64,000 bases of DNA from Lingula anatina (Eukaryota > Animalia > Brachiopoda), in assembly GCA_051362555.1 (NCBI GenBank), contig CM120644.1, positions 6,580,954 through 6,644,953 on the forward strand, written 5' to 3'. Shown one piece after another: positions 37,201-49,763 of the stretch; within the stretch, counting starts at the first letter, position 1; each line of letters opens with the position of its first letter. Under the pieces are notes generated by a model. The model saw nothing but the letters and a program-made list of their open reading frames with translations, made no database searches and had not been told where the DNA came from. The translations under genes and the position numbers were made by a program.

Positions 37201-40200
37201 AACTAGGTGCAGTTTTACATTTAGACAACTTAGACTCTTTACATTAGTAGAGTTAAAATAAATAAATTGTTCTTACTGAATTAGATGGAACTGGATGAAA
37301 ATATATAAACACATAGACATTTTGGGTACTTATTATACATATTACTTATCCTTAATATTTTTCAGCTCCTTATTACATGACTATGTTTGTATATATGCAC
37401 ATTTAGTCCCATGAGCAAGTGTCAAAATGGGTGTCTGAGAAATTTTGCTGTCCGCTATATGCCCTGTCTCTCATCCCTGTCATGTCGTAGTTGCCTGTCA
37501 TGGGTGTATAGCTGTGGTTCTCTTCTGCTTACATATTTCCACGAAGCACTGTTTTTTCCCCATTGCCTATGTTGATGATGTGACCGCGGGGACAGTAAGT
37601 GTCCAGAGCCCCCATATGGCCGACGCATGTAGTTGTCTTGTGTGTTAACCGGTTTGACATATCTGTGAGTCTGTATAATAACGGGAATGCTCTGTCCTTT
37701 TTCCTGGGTTGCTGTCATTGTCTTCATGGAAAGGGGGGATTCCAGATTTCAGAAATTTAATTTCAAAGATCGTGAATCTGTCCTGAGAAAGGCAAAGGAA
37801 AAACTCAAAGGAAACAAACAACTCAGAGTGACACAGGACTTCACAAAACGGGTAGAATCTTAAACATATTTATTTGATGTACCTGTAAATATTAGGAAAT
37901 ACAGAGTAGCATTTTCAAGATCCGGAGCTTCAAATCATAGACTTGCAATAGAAACGGGTAGACATGAAAAATAGATAGGTTGTGTACATATTGCTTAGAC
38001 AAAAAAATATTTATGAAATTGAAGATAATAAGCATTTTTACTAGTTTGTCCACGTTATGAAGAATTGAGAGCTCGGTATATTCCTAATTTGAAAACTAAC
38101 AATACATCTTCAAATTGTTATATTGCTACGAACAACCTTGCTAGATTTATTTTTCATGGTTTCATTGCTAGAGAAAACTAATGTAAAATGTCGAACTGTA
38201 ACCTTGTGATGTATTTGCTATGGGCCGGTGGCCTTTATCAATTGAATAAAAGTTAAAGGGGATTCCAGATCTGTGAATTGTGCATTTTTACCTACAAGCT
38301 TTAAATTTGGCAGAGTTGTAGATAACGGAATTCTAAGCCATTTTGGATATATGGGCATGTCTGAAAATTCCAATTTGGCCGCCAAATCCAATATGTCCGC
38401 CACAAATACTCTTTTAAATTAAACCCCCAATATATAGTCCTATAATGGTTTAAAATATCATTTTATAGCATGATGTTTTCCAGCTATAAAATTATATTTT
38501 ACGTCTTTATGTATTGAAAACATTCCTTCTTTTGCTAAACCAACATAGGTAGTTTGGCTTTTTGCTCTGGATTCTCATTTAGATCAATTTCCAGTTAGCG
38601 ATCTACTTAAATGGCACTCATGGGCCCCCTTTCTAAGAAAAAAGTGCCGTGCAAAATCAAAAAAATGTGAAAGAAACACCAAAATAACTTAGCCTCAAAG
38701 AGGCAAATATAAAAAAGCTTGGGGTGTAGCAATTTTGTTTGTTGGTTATGATTCTTCAGCTAGATCAGTGTATGGCGCTTCACAATATAAATGTGCTGTA
38801 AGGACGGATTTTTAAATCACCATTCGCCAAAATGCTCACAAATATAACAAAAATGATAGTTAATCAAACATACTGGTCGCAACAATTTGGTGTGGTGCAT
38901 TGGTAAAATACTAAAAACAGGGGTACATTTGCACTCAGTAATCTTATGATGTTATCTTGTGCTTCAAAAGTAAATTAGAAAAGCTTCTAATTTCAAGAAA
39001 TGAATTTAGTACATTCGCAGTTATGGCTACCGAGAATTTAGTGAAAATTCATGATCAAAGAAACACCCCAAACAGAGGACAGGTGTTGATACGTGCTGTA
39101 TCCAAGAGTTGCATTGCAGGCTTCAAATTTCGTGCACTAAAAAAGAAGTAGGCGCCAAACTTTGGTTTTCATTTGATCATTTGGCAACTTGTTTAGTTCA
39201 AACTTGTACTTTTAAATCACTGAACATGATAATAAAAGCATTAAAATTATTCAGAAAGTTAATGCATATAAAGCTTCAAAAATTCAAGGAGTATTCTGAG
39301 GATTATACAAAGAAATTCGTGCAATATGGACTTTGAAAGGTAAAAATTCATCGAGATTTCCGGCATCATTGTCTCTGTGGGACGATCCAGAATGAAGCCA
39401 TGGGGAGTATTCACTTACCCAGATAACAAAACTTACCTTTCGCAGGTAGCTCCTACCACATTTGTTCGTAGTTCTGTGTGCAATTGCTAACTGTGGTGAG
39501 GGGAGTCAGAAGCATTGGGAGACTGGTCCTATATGGGTTCACACTAGTCACCTACATCTACTTATATGCTCTACCACACTTTTATATTCCTATTGCCCCT
39601 CATGCATGTAAACTGATGCTTTCTAGTGTTAAAAATGACCAATGCCGCTTGGTATATTGTTGGGGACGTGGATTACCTGTAGAAGCTATAGCTTCAGGTA
39701 AATTCTGGGAAAGCTGAGGGAAACACAAATATAGCTAGGCACACATTGATGAATGAAAATTATTTAACCAAATAAGTAGAAAATTCGGTGTAGCTAGCTG
39801 TTATCCTCTGTTGAGATATTGTCCATTTACTAAAGTAATAGGTTGATCGCCCATAAAATGTGCACCACCTACTTGATAAAATAACTTTCGTTAATTTAAA
39901 ACTTATTTGTGAAAATACCTTGACATATTCATATCTTTGGCGTTTATAGAATTGCTGCATGTGGTGTCACAACTGGACCAAAAGGAGTCCTGTTCTACTT
40001 TTTATGGTCATTTGGATCTTAATGTAACTAAAGGGTCAGTTTTTGATAATTCATCTAAACTGAGCTCTGATTTCAAACCAAAAAAGATTAAAGATTGTTA
40101 TAAGATTATGAAGTGGAATTTTTACTTTAAAAGGGTTTTAGTGGCCATATTAGAATTTCCAGACATGTCCCTATATAAAAAAAATGCTTAGAATCCTGTT

Positions 40201-43200
40201 CTTTACAATTGTGCCAATTTTCATGCTTACAGTTTTAAGTGCATGGTGAATTCACCATACTGCTGCTGTGAGTGGCCTGTTTTTTTTTTATTTTGGGGGG
40301 CCATTTTGGATTTCTATACACCTAAAGAAATTTTGTTTAGTTTTAGTTTTGTCTAACCATAAAATGTTATCTTAAATACTTGAAGTTTTAATTTGAACGC
40401 GTATTTGTGGCGGCCATATTGGATTTGGGGGCCATATATTGGAATTTTTAGACATGCCCATACATGCAAAAGTGCTGAGAATCCCGTTTTACAACTGTGC
40501 CAAATGCCATACTTGTAGTTTTTGATGAATTCACCACTCTGCTGGATATATTGGATTAGTGGACTGCATTTTACTGTTGGCGGCCTTTTTGGACTTAATA
40601 CACCTAAAGAAGCTAATATTGATACTGAATTCTGCTGTGGTATTTTTAAGCTTTATATGATATTTAAGCCCGTAAAAGACTATATACTTTAAGTTTTAAT
40701 TAGAAGCCGTAGTTTTGGAGACCATCTTGAAGTTGGCGGCCATTTTTTAATTTTCAGACATGCCCATAATCCAAACTTGCTAAGAATTTCATTTTCCTCA
40801 AATGTGCCAAATGTTATGCTTGTAGTTTTAAGTGCATGATAAATTCACCATTCTAATGGATATCTTGAATAAGTGGTCTGCTTTTTTACTTTCGGTGGCC
40901 ATTTTGGATTTTATACACCTGAAGGATTCATACATTCATATCATGGTGTATTCTAACCTTAATATGATATTTTAAGTCATTAGAAGACTATGAAGTTTAA
41001 GTTTGAATTTGAAAAGGTATTTTAGCGGCCATCTTGGATTTGACGGCCATTTTGGAATTTTCAGACATGCCCATATATCCAGATTTGCTAATTTCATTGT
41101 CCATAAGTGTGCCAAATTTCATGCTTGTAGGTCAAAAAATGCACAATTTTTCACCAAATTCCTGGACTATTATCATTTCTTCTACCCCACCACGTACATA
41201 CTGCTGCTCTAAAAGCATTTTGTGCGGGTTTCATGCATCCTACTAAATATTGAGTCTGACAATATCAGGGAATGTTTTGGGGAAGAAACTTTTTCAGTAG
41301 ATTCCCATGTACTGGTACTTGTCCCCAGTAGGACTTGGCTTTCAGTGTTGGTAATCTTAACCATATCTGCAGAAGTCCTTCTTTTGGGAAAGTCATCTGT
41401 AGTCATAATACTGTTTGTATGATTTTGTGTGGGTTTAATGGAGTTTGAGTGTGTTAGACCAAGCTCTTTTTTCATTCTTTTTACACATTCTCGTTTACAA
41501 TTTTCCTCATTTCATTCAACTCAAGGGTGAGACTGTTTATCTTCTCTGTTTTTTGTTTGACAGTATCTCTCAGACTGTTTATTTTTTCTGCCTGTTGCTT
41601 GATAGTATCTCTCATCTCTTTGTTCTCAGTGATTTGTCTCTCATTGTTTATCTGTAAGACTTAAATGAGTTCCGTCTGGCAGGCCTCTAAATTGACAAGA
41701 CCGCTGAAGTTAGTGTCTGGTATCTAGTTTCAAGTTTCGTTTTTCAAAAACAAACCTGGCAATCAAAAACTAGTGTCGTTTTTTCAAAAACAAACCTGGC
41801 AACTAGAAACCAATTTCGTTTGTCAAAAAGGATTCTGGCATCCAGAAACTAGTGTCGTTTTTTTTTAAAAACGATTCTGGCATCCAGAAACTAGTGTAGG
41901 TTTTTCAAAAACGATTCTGGCATCCAGAAACTAGTGTCGTCTTTCACAAACGATGCTAAGAAGCCAGAATCAGTTTTGCGGAGAATGTTACGGTCTCTCC
42001 TTGCCATGCGCTGAGGCCGGTAGAAATTAATCGCCGTATGCCTCTCCCTCCGTCCACTATTTGTCTCTTCAAAAACGATTCTTGCTTCTCAGATTCGTTT
42101 TCTGAAACACGACACTGGTTACTGGGCATCAGAATCGTTTTTTTTTTCTTTTTTTCAATTCAATACAATAAAAAAAATTATATATATACTTCAAACTACA
42201 AAGGGAGGCCCGAGGGGATCCCCCTCCTCACCCCCACCCTAATTCCCCCAACCCATCCACACCACCACCTAAGCCCCATTCCCGGCTTCCACTGTGCAGG
42301 CGGCCTGTGACTGGTAGAGGCGGTCACCTCGGTCTCCCAGCACGGCGAGGAAAGATCGTTACACCCTGAACACCTTGTCCGGCTTACGCGGTAAAGGCTT
42401 CTTGTACTCCGTAGATAGGGATCATCAGACCTATCGGCCTCAGCGCACATCGAGGAAACACCGTAAGACACACCGCAAAAATGATTTTGGTTTCTCAGAA
42501 TCGTTTTTCAAAAACGAGACACTAGTTGCTGGTTGCCAGAATCGTTTTTTGAAAAACGACACTGGTTTCTGGACATCAGAATTCTCTTTGAAAAATTCAA
42601 TAGAATCAAAGATTATAAACTTCAAACTACAAAGGGAGACTCCGGGGCCCCCTCCCCCCTCCCCACCCTAACATTCACCCCCCCCCCCCCTCACCCCACA
42701 CACACACACAAACACCACCACCACCACCACCACCAACTCCACCTAAACACCATTCCCGGTTCTGTGGTGATGGCAATCTGTACGCCGTAGTAGCTAGTCG
42801 GCGATCTCGGTCTCAGCGCAAGGCGAGGAGAGGCTTCCACGGTGAGGGTAACCTGGTCGCGGAAGACGGTAATCGCCGGTTGTTTCTCCCTTCGTCCAAT
42901 CCTGTTTCTCTTTGCAAAAACGATTCTAGCTTTTCAGAATCGTTTTTCGAAAAACGACACCGCAAAAACAATTCTAGCTTCTCAGAATCTTTATTTAAAA
43001 AAAAGACACTGATTTCTGGGAATCAGAATCGTTTTTTATTTTTTTAACTCAATAGATTCAAACCTGTACTTCAAACTACAGACTTGACATTTAATATGGG
43101 ATATTTCAGTTTCGAAGGTATGCCTAGGTAAAGATGCGTTCTTTTTTCAAAAAACACCGATCTCACATAAAATTTGTGTGAAGTCAGGTGTGTTGCTACC

Positions 43201-46200
43201 AATTAAATGACTTCCATATCTGTTGTGCTGCTACATTATGTAATATGCAGTGATTAAATGGGTAGTGTTCCTTTGGGCTGGTCAAAGCTTGACTTAAGCA
43301 AAGGTTGGTTCTGTCAAAATAGTATCCATATGTCGGCAACTACTGCATAGAAGAATTTGAAATTTTGCATGCAAGCGGTCAGTTTTGAAGTGCTTAAAAT
43401 GAACTAAGTAGTGCTTTACAAATTTGTTACTCTGTGGCAGAATGGCGCGAAAAAGACAGACATTACCAGACACAATATAGCGCCAAACGGAACGGTCCGC
43501 ACAGTTTTATAGAGTAATGCCCAGACTGATGTACCTACACAGAGGTCACACCCAATGCATCGACATCTTACTTCTAGGGTGCACGACCCACTGTCTTTCG
43601 GGATACGCTGCTGGAACTAAACAAAATCCACCCAGTCTGTTCAGAACGAGGGGTAAATTGTCACAAAAATGCGTTTTTCAAGGCCCTTAGCGAACACCAA
43701 AGTGGTTTTAGCAGGTTAGAATACCAGACGACCTCCAAGGTACCCACTGTAAACAGCAAAACATCGTCGTCTGTTTCTATAATGAATTGGGGGCCATGAC
43801 CGTTTCTGGGTAGAACACTGAAACCGCGTGACTTTCCTTATTGAGGTCAGATTTCACCTGTACCGCCCAACTAGTCAAAACAGAGTTTACAGACATCCAG
43901 AAGAGGCCTACGACGAAGAAAGTGCCGCATCTAAAGTGACACAGGGCATCGGCAGCGTCAGTATTTGGAATGGATACGACATTGGTGCCAAAACACCAAT
44001 GGTAGTCATCGACGAAAACCTGTACCAGACCAAATAAAGGAATAATCTGGGAACCACTTGGCTATCATTTGATAGTGGGCACCTTAGGAACAATTTTAGA
44101 TTGCACGGTGAGATTGCCGGTTCACACAGAGCACTTTTAATAGCAGTTTACTTTCAGAACCAAAGGAATGGGCAGCTATCCTAGTCATCAAAATCACCAT
44201 ATTTGAACCACATACACAATATGTGGGTAGGCCATTACTCGCCGAATCAACGGCCTACATGTCCTACAACAAAACTGGGCCAAAATGGACAATTTTTTAC
44301 CGATGCCTGGGCTGTTATTCCAGATTGAACTCTAAAACCCTATCCCAGAGAGTGCCTTGCCGCTTGAGAGCGCTGGTTACAGCCAGAAGAGGCCAGGCGT
44401 AACAGCGACCATTACTATGACTACACACTGACATGAGGGTCCCATATGGAGCGTGTAACTCTTTTACAGACGATGATTTGGAAAATATGGAGATCCAAAA
44501 TATCTATTTTAATGGATGTCGTATGACATAGTATTGGCAATGTATTTCTGTTTGCTTCACTGTCAAAATCGATTAATGAACTGATGTCAACATGACATCA
44601 AAGAGATAATTCAAAATTATTAAAGCACGATTTTAATCCTTATTTTCATTTATCAGTCAGCAAAATAGGGAAAAAAATGATGAAAAATGATTTGGAAAAA
44701 ATATTCCATATCAAATGTCAAGTCTGTACAAAGGCAGGCCCCTTCCCCCTCCTCACCCTGACTCTTATTCCCCCACCCCCACCGCCACCACCACCTAAAC
44801 CCCATTTCCTGCCTCCGCTGTGCAGGCGGACTGGTAGAGGCGGTCAACCTGGCCTCAGCGCACGGCGAGAAGAGACATTCTCCGCAAAAATGATTCTGGC
44901 TTCTCAGAGTCATTTTTGAAAGACGACACTAGTTTCTGGTTGCCAGAATCGTTTTTGAAAAACGTAACTAGTTTCTAGTTGACAGGTTCGTTTTTCAATA
45001 TATCCTTGGGTGTTGCTTGTGTGTTGTTATTGCTGTAGGTGCGTTTTTATTTGGTAATTTGTTAGGGGTATTCAACGCCCTTTCTGGTAGTTTGATGGGG
45101 GTATTCGACGCCCTTTCTGCATCTTCGTGTTCATGTCTTGGTTTCATGCTTGTCTCTTCATATGGTTCTCTCACATTTGTTTCACTTTGTGTATCTGAAT
45201 GTGTTTCCCCGTCCCCATCATCTCAAGTTTTTAGAGCTTGAGCTTTTCCATTTTCTCCACTCACGTCAAAATTGCTATTGGAGTTTTCCTCCATTAGAAG
45301 TTTCTCATAAATTTTGTTATTATACTCCTTTCCATTTTCAAATACTTTGAATGATGAACGCCAGCCTTGTATCCCTGATGCAGATTTTCATGGTAGCCTA
45401 GAACTTGCTTCTCAGTCTTTTCCCAGGTCCTATAGACACCAACTTGGTAGCCTCTTGCCACAGCATAGTAGCCTTTTTTCTTTGAAGAATTCCTTTCCTT
45501 GGTCATTTCAGATGCTAGTACAAGTATGTTGTATCATCTGTGTAGTTTCAGAACAGACAGGAACAGATATATGAGTCAAGTTATGTTCAGCATTTTAAGT
45601 AATGTCAGCATTCCACCTCCCCGACCTAATTTTAGGCCTTCATTGTTCTTTGTCCTTCATTTCCAAAACTTTGAACTTCAAAAGGTTTGAACTTTAAAAA
45701 ATCAGAGTCCCAAGGAGTGCTACAATAAATCCTTTATCATAGGAGAGATCTATATACTCACAAAAAGACCTCCATACTTCATATTAAAATTTTGATGACT
45801 TTGCCAAACAAAAAATTAGAAACAAACACTAGAGAAACCAGTGATGCTTCAACTTACTTGACCTTGACCTTGACTTATAAATGTTATTCTTGTTGTTAGA
45901 ATTGGGATCAGTTGTCATATAATAATGGAGAGCATTTACATTTTCAGGTTGCAAAAAAACTAATAGAAATTGCAAAACCCAAGAAAGAATTTGTTGACAT
46001 TGCGTGTAACAAGAACGGTTACGACGGATTGACTGCCCTTCATGTAGCAATATTTAAGTACGTATATACAGTAGTCTCTCTCTCCCTCCCTCTCTCTCTC
46101 TCTCTCGTGTTTCGAAAAAAACTCTTTGAATATTCATTATTTCACAAATACAATTTTCGGAAGGCTTATCCTAAATATTGTCATCTTTCATTAAAAAAAT

Positions 46201-49200
46201 AAAACTTAGGTTGGTGCCTACTTTGTTAAATTTCAGAAGCAACTTGGGCGTGGTAGAGGCAATTCTAAATTCAGAATCAACAGACGAAGTTCAGTCTAAA
46301 AAAGGCACAAAAAAATCAGAAATCAACTCAGAAATACCGAATCGCTTTTATGATAATGTTATAAAGGAAAAGGAAAAAAAGGGGAAGATCATGGCACGTT
46401 CATGTTGTTTTGTGCCATTCCCTGAGAGCGGTAGCGCCTGTTGCATGGGTATCTTTTCCAATGTGCAGAAAAATTCCAATAAAAAAACATCAAACGTAGC
46501 ATCCGGTGGTGAAGGAACAGCGGCCAATGAATCCGGCGGTGAAATGCCATTAACCAATGCACCGGGTGGTGAAGCAGCACCAAACAATGACGACAGCGGT
46601 GAAGCAACATCAACCAATGCAGCCGGCGGTGAAGCAACATCAACTAATGCAGCCGGCGGTGAAGCAATGTCAAGCAATACAGCCGGCGGTGAAGCAACAT
46701 CAACCAATCCAGCCGGCAGTGAAGCAACGTCAACTAATGCAGCCGGCGGTGAAGCAACATCAACAAATGCAGCCGGCGGTGAAGCAACATCAACCAATGC
46801 AGCTGGCGGTGAAACAAAGTCAAGCAATGCAGGCGGCGGTGAAGCAACATCAAGCAATGCAGCCGGCAGTGAAGCAATGTCAACCAATGCAGCCGGTGGT
46901 GAAGCAACATCAACATCAACACCAAGTAATGCAGCCGGCGGTGAAGTTACATCAAGCAATGCAGTCAACAGCGAAGAAACAAGTTGTGTCAATAAGCCCG
47001 CCACTGGAGCAAAATTTAAAGACGAAAACCATGAAGCATTGTTAGGGCTGCTTTCGGGGGAACTTCCCCTTATAGTAGCTGCTTGCCGTTTAGCAGTTAC
47101 GCATTATAACGTAGCGGACGCCTTCAAACGATCAGAAGGGGGGCGATGTCAAAGTGCGCCGGCAGTAACGAATTACAACGTAGCGGACGCCTTCGAACGA
47201 TCAGAAGGGGGGCGATGTCAAAGTGCGCCGGCAGTAACGAATTACAACGTAGCGGACGCCTTCGAACGATCAGAAGGGGGGCGGTGTCAAAGTGCGCCGG
47301 CAGTAACGAATTACAACGTAGCGGACGCCTTCGAACGATCAGAAGGGGGGCGATGTCAAAGTGCGCCGGCAGTAACGAATTACAACGTAGCGGACGCCTT
47401 CGAACGATCAGAAGGGGGGCGGTGTCAAAGTGCGCCGGCAGTAACGAATTACAACGTAGCGGACGCCTTCGAACGACCAGAAGGGGGGCGGTGTCAAAGT
47501 GCGCCGGCAGTATTGCATTATAACGTCACGAATGGCTTAGAAAAAGAAAACGACAGTAATCTGCTCGGAGATGAAAAAATATGCATCGATAGAAAAAAGA
47601 TATTGGAAAGAGTACTCGAAAAGGCTAATCCGTTTCAAGTCAACAGCCAAGGTAACAACGTGTTCCATGAGCTGATCATCCTCTCCACCAAACAGTGGGC
47701 AAGAAATCTGCAGAGAAAGAGTTCTGACGATGAGTATTTATCAGATCAAACATTTTCTGAAAGCAGTTTTGAAGAGAACAAAGATCCTTTCATTGCAAAT
47801 GTGAAGGCAGTTTTTAAGTTTATTTTGGACAAAATTGTTGATGGCGAAAACTTGAAACACAAACCACAACTTAACGGGAAACCAATAGGTGAGAAGGAAA
47901 TCCTTTGTTTGCCTGATTCTGAAAACCAAGTTAAACCCGACTTATGGAACTGGTCCTATCGTTACATCCCACTCGAGATCGCAGCGAGATTTGGCGCAAT
48001 TGAAATGTTTAAGTGGCTCCTGTATCTAGACGGCGCTCATGAGTCCCAGATTCAACCCTCAAAAGAGAACCTGATTGGTGGCCACGTGAACCACCGCCTG
48101 ACGCCTCTTAAGATGAAAGTTAACGTTGAGCCTGGAAATGAGTTTCTGGAAGAAAGAACCGATGAGCATTTTGTCAAGAAAGACGACACACTCTCTCTTA
48201 TGGAACTGATCACAATGAACAAGGGACGGAACGCTTTGAAGCTCGTGGAACCTGCTCCCGTACGGTCTGCGGTAAGAGAAAAATGGAACAGACGGATACG
48301 ACGGATTCATCTTATTTGCATGTCCGTGCACTTGGTCATGATTTCTTTTATGACTGGGTGTACTGTTCATCGTCCTGCGTTTTCATCTTCTGATGGAGTT
48401 AATAAAACTCGCATTTTGACATCTAATCAGGCTTATCAAACGGGAGAGGACTCAGCAAGAGCCGTTTTTGAAAGTTTGGTCTTTGGGTATGCTCTGTATA
48501 TGTTGTTTTTTGAAATAATTGCAAACTTTCAATACCGACGCTCACCTTGGAATTGCTTCTGCATTTTCTCTATCAAATGTATGTTGCCACTCCGAAAAAT
48601 GAGGATGAATGAGAGATACTCGGTTGTTGTTATTACATGGTGTGTGTCCATCTTCATATCCTTTATTCTACGATTCGCCAATTATGAACATGAAGAAATT
48701 GCCCTGGCCTTTGCTGTTGTCTTCGGGTGGTGGTCACTCCTTCACGCTCTAAGACCTTTCAAATACTTCAGTTTTTACACTGTGATCATTCAGAGAGTTA
48801 TATTTGGTGATCTGCTCAGGTTTTCTATTGTATTCTTAATCCAACTGGTGGGATTTAGCGCCGCAATGTTTTTACTGTTTAAGTCATCCGATTACTATCC
48901 TGTTGCCGGATTCCAGACGTTTGAAAACACTCTTCTTACTCTTTTTGAGATCATGATAGGTATAGGAGATTTTGATGTGTACACATTAGCACATTTCCCT
49001 GGTCTCGTGGCCTGGTGTTTCGTGTTTTATTTAATCTTTAGTTACGTATTGCTGTTCAACATGATCATCGCCATGCTCTCGGAGTCGGTGCGTATTGTGA
49101 CAGAAGATAAAGATCTACAGTGGCGCCTCCAGCAGCTTCATGTCATTATCTTTTGGGAAAGGCGTTATAAATGTCTAAGGTATTATGGATATGCCCGGCG

Positions 49201-49258
49201 GTATTTAAATGACAGAATTGCCAGATCTTCAAACAAAGTTTCTCCTCAGCCACAATAG
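31285..49258 (+). CDS. TRPV-family cation channel, paralog B; 3 coding exons, ~1117 aa
   Basis: Exons 31285-31506, 45948-46057 and 46237-49258. Intron positions and phases (0, 2) and the 110-nt exon 2 are the same as in paralog A. Same ankyrin motifs, pore (FEIMIGIGDF), S6 and TRP box. Confidence 0.9.
31624..32474. mobile_element. 851-bp non-autonomous DNA transposon with TAA TSD (PIF/Harbinger-like)
   Basis: TIRs GGCCACACTTTT..TTTTTATGGATG.CATCCT / AGGATG.CATCCATAAAAA..AAAAGTGTGGCC; TAA at 31621-31623 and 32475-32477. Confidence 0.8.
37735..38250 (+). mobile_element. LINE fragments on + strand (ORF1-like piece and ORF2 3' end)
   Basis: FKDRESVLRKAKEKLKGNKQLRVTQDFTKRV, then RVAFSR..SNHRLAIETGRH..LCTYC..HFLLVCPRYEELR, ending at AATAAA ~38245. 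Confidence 0.7.
38254..41169. mobile_element. ~2.9-kb DNA-transposon relic with long imperfect TIRs and ~300-bp subterminal repeats (possibly Academ-like)
   Basis: 38272-38420 is the reverse complement of ~41000-41150. The motif 'ggccat...aattt.cagacatgccc' recurs at ~40143, 40430, 40738 and 41045. Right end is ..GGACTA. The superfamily call is an inference. Confidence 0.6.
41715..45000. repeat. Complex repeat: ~37-bp units (AAAACGATTCTGGCATCCAGAAACTAGTGTCGTTTTT) in both orientations plus three C-rich units
   Basis: Tandem units at 41720-41960, reverse-oriented units at ~42480-42590 and ~44885-45000. C-rich 'tcaaactacaaagg..ccccacc..ggcgagga' units at ~42190, ~42620 and ~43070/44730, the last split by the Tc1 element. 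Confidence 0.7.
43079..44726 (+). mobile_element. Full-length but degenerate Tc1/mariner element (1648 bp)
   Basis: TIRs CAGACTTGACATTT.ATATGG.ATATTT at both ends; TA TSD at 43077-78 and 44727-28. Decayed transposase motifs (VTFLIEVRF ~ VLFSDESRF; SVSIW; SKSPYLNHIHNMW ~ SPDLNPIENLW). The empty site equals the sibling repeat unit 'tcaaacta|caaagg'. Confidence 0.85.
46500..46980 (+). repeat. Coding 30-bp/10-aa repeat (AGGEATSTNA), ~16 copies in TRPV-B
   Basis: Direct reading; about 3 copies at the same position in paralog A (~24370-24450). Confidence 0.9.
47093..47506 (+). repeat. Coding 69-bp/23-aa repeat (AVTNYNVADAFERSEGGRCQSAP), 6 copies in TRPV-B
   Basis: Unit starts spaced 69 nt apart from 47093 to 47507; 2 copies in paralog A (24561-24698). 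Confidence 0.92.
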
Positions 49259-49560
49259 AACGGTCTCGAAAATACTGTGAACTGTCCGGTTGAAACTTTG
49301 ACATGTACGCTAGGCCCAATCACATCTGGGGGTTAAGTTACACATGGCAGTAAAAGCAACAATGACTTACCAATTCATTCAGCATCAGCCCTAGCTGCTA
49401 AATGTTCTTTAATGGTTCTTAATGGAAACTATTGGAATGACGCCTGTTGCTTTGGCCCTGCGGTTCCCAACTATAATCTAAATTCGTTACTGGAGTGGAT
49501 AATTAATTCGAGTATTATATTACTCTAGTTTTGTTTATATGCAATGCATTAGAACTCTAA

Positions 49561-49763
49561 GGGCGTATTCCCAGAGCTTTTAGATCGATCTATTCCCTCG
49601 AGATTACTGTCAGATAATCCGGCTTAAATGTCCGTCCCGCCTACTACAAGCTGTAAGGGGGTAATTAACTTTCGTGCCCTCTCGGCTGACAGCTATTTAA
49701 CGTGAACCCCCAGGGAGTTAGGTCGATCTAAAGTAGATCGATCTAATCTCTGGGAAAGGGGTC
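49561..49763. mobile_element. 203-bp MITE with TAA TSD (PIF/Harbinger-like) in the TRPV-B 3' region
   Basis: TAA at 49558-60 and 49764-66; arms TTCCCAGAG..TTAGATCGATCTA / TAGATCGATCTAA.CTCTGGGAA. Empty site 'ctaagtctta' in paralog A at ~27051. Confidence 0.8.

Larger units (their letters stand above)
33356..45874 (-). mobile_element. Degenerate full-length non-LTR retrotransposon (RTE-X-like) with nested insertions, in TRPV-B intron 1
   Basis: 10-bp TSD TTATAAATGT at 33346-33355 and 45875-45884, and the flanks rejoin into sequence colinear with paralog A (23535-23690). ORF2 remnants at ~37050-33750: APE start (NIHG..DILALVETW), RT (FIDFSKAFDSV, GVKQGDTLSPFLFNIFID, LLYADD), ELGRLPL, LHIETGR; many frameshifts. 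Probable ORF1 pieces at 45506-45000, 41700-41170 and 37727-37455. Confidence 0.8.

Noticed and set aside
46348-47523. Alternative-frame ORFs (218, 162, 125 aa) over the TRPV-B repeats
   Set aside because: Shadows of the coding repeats.
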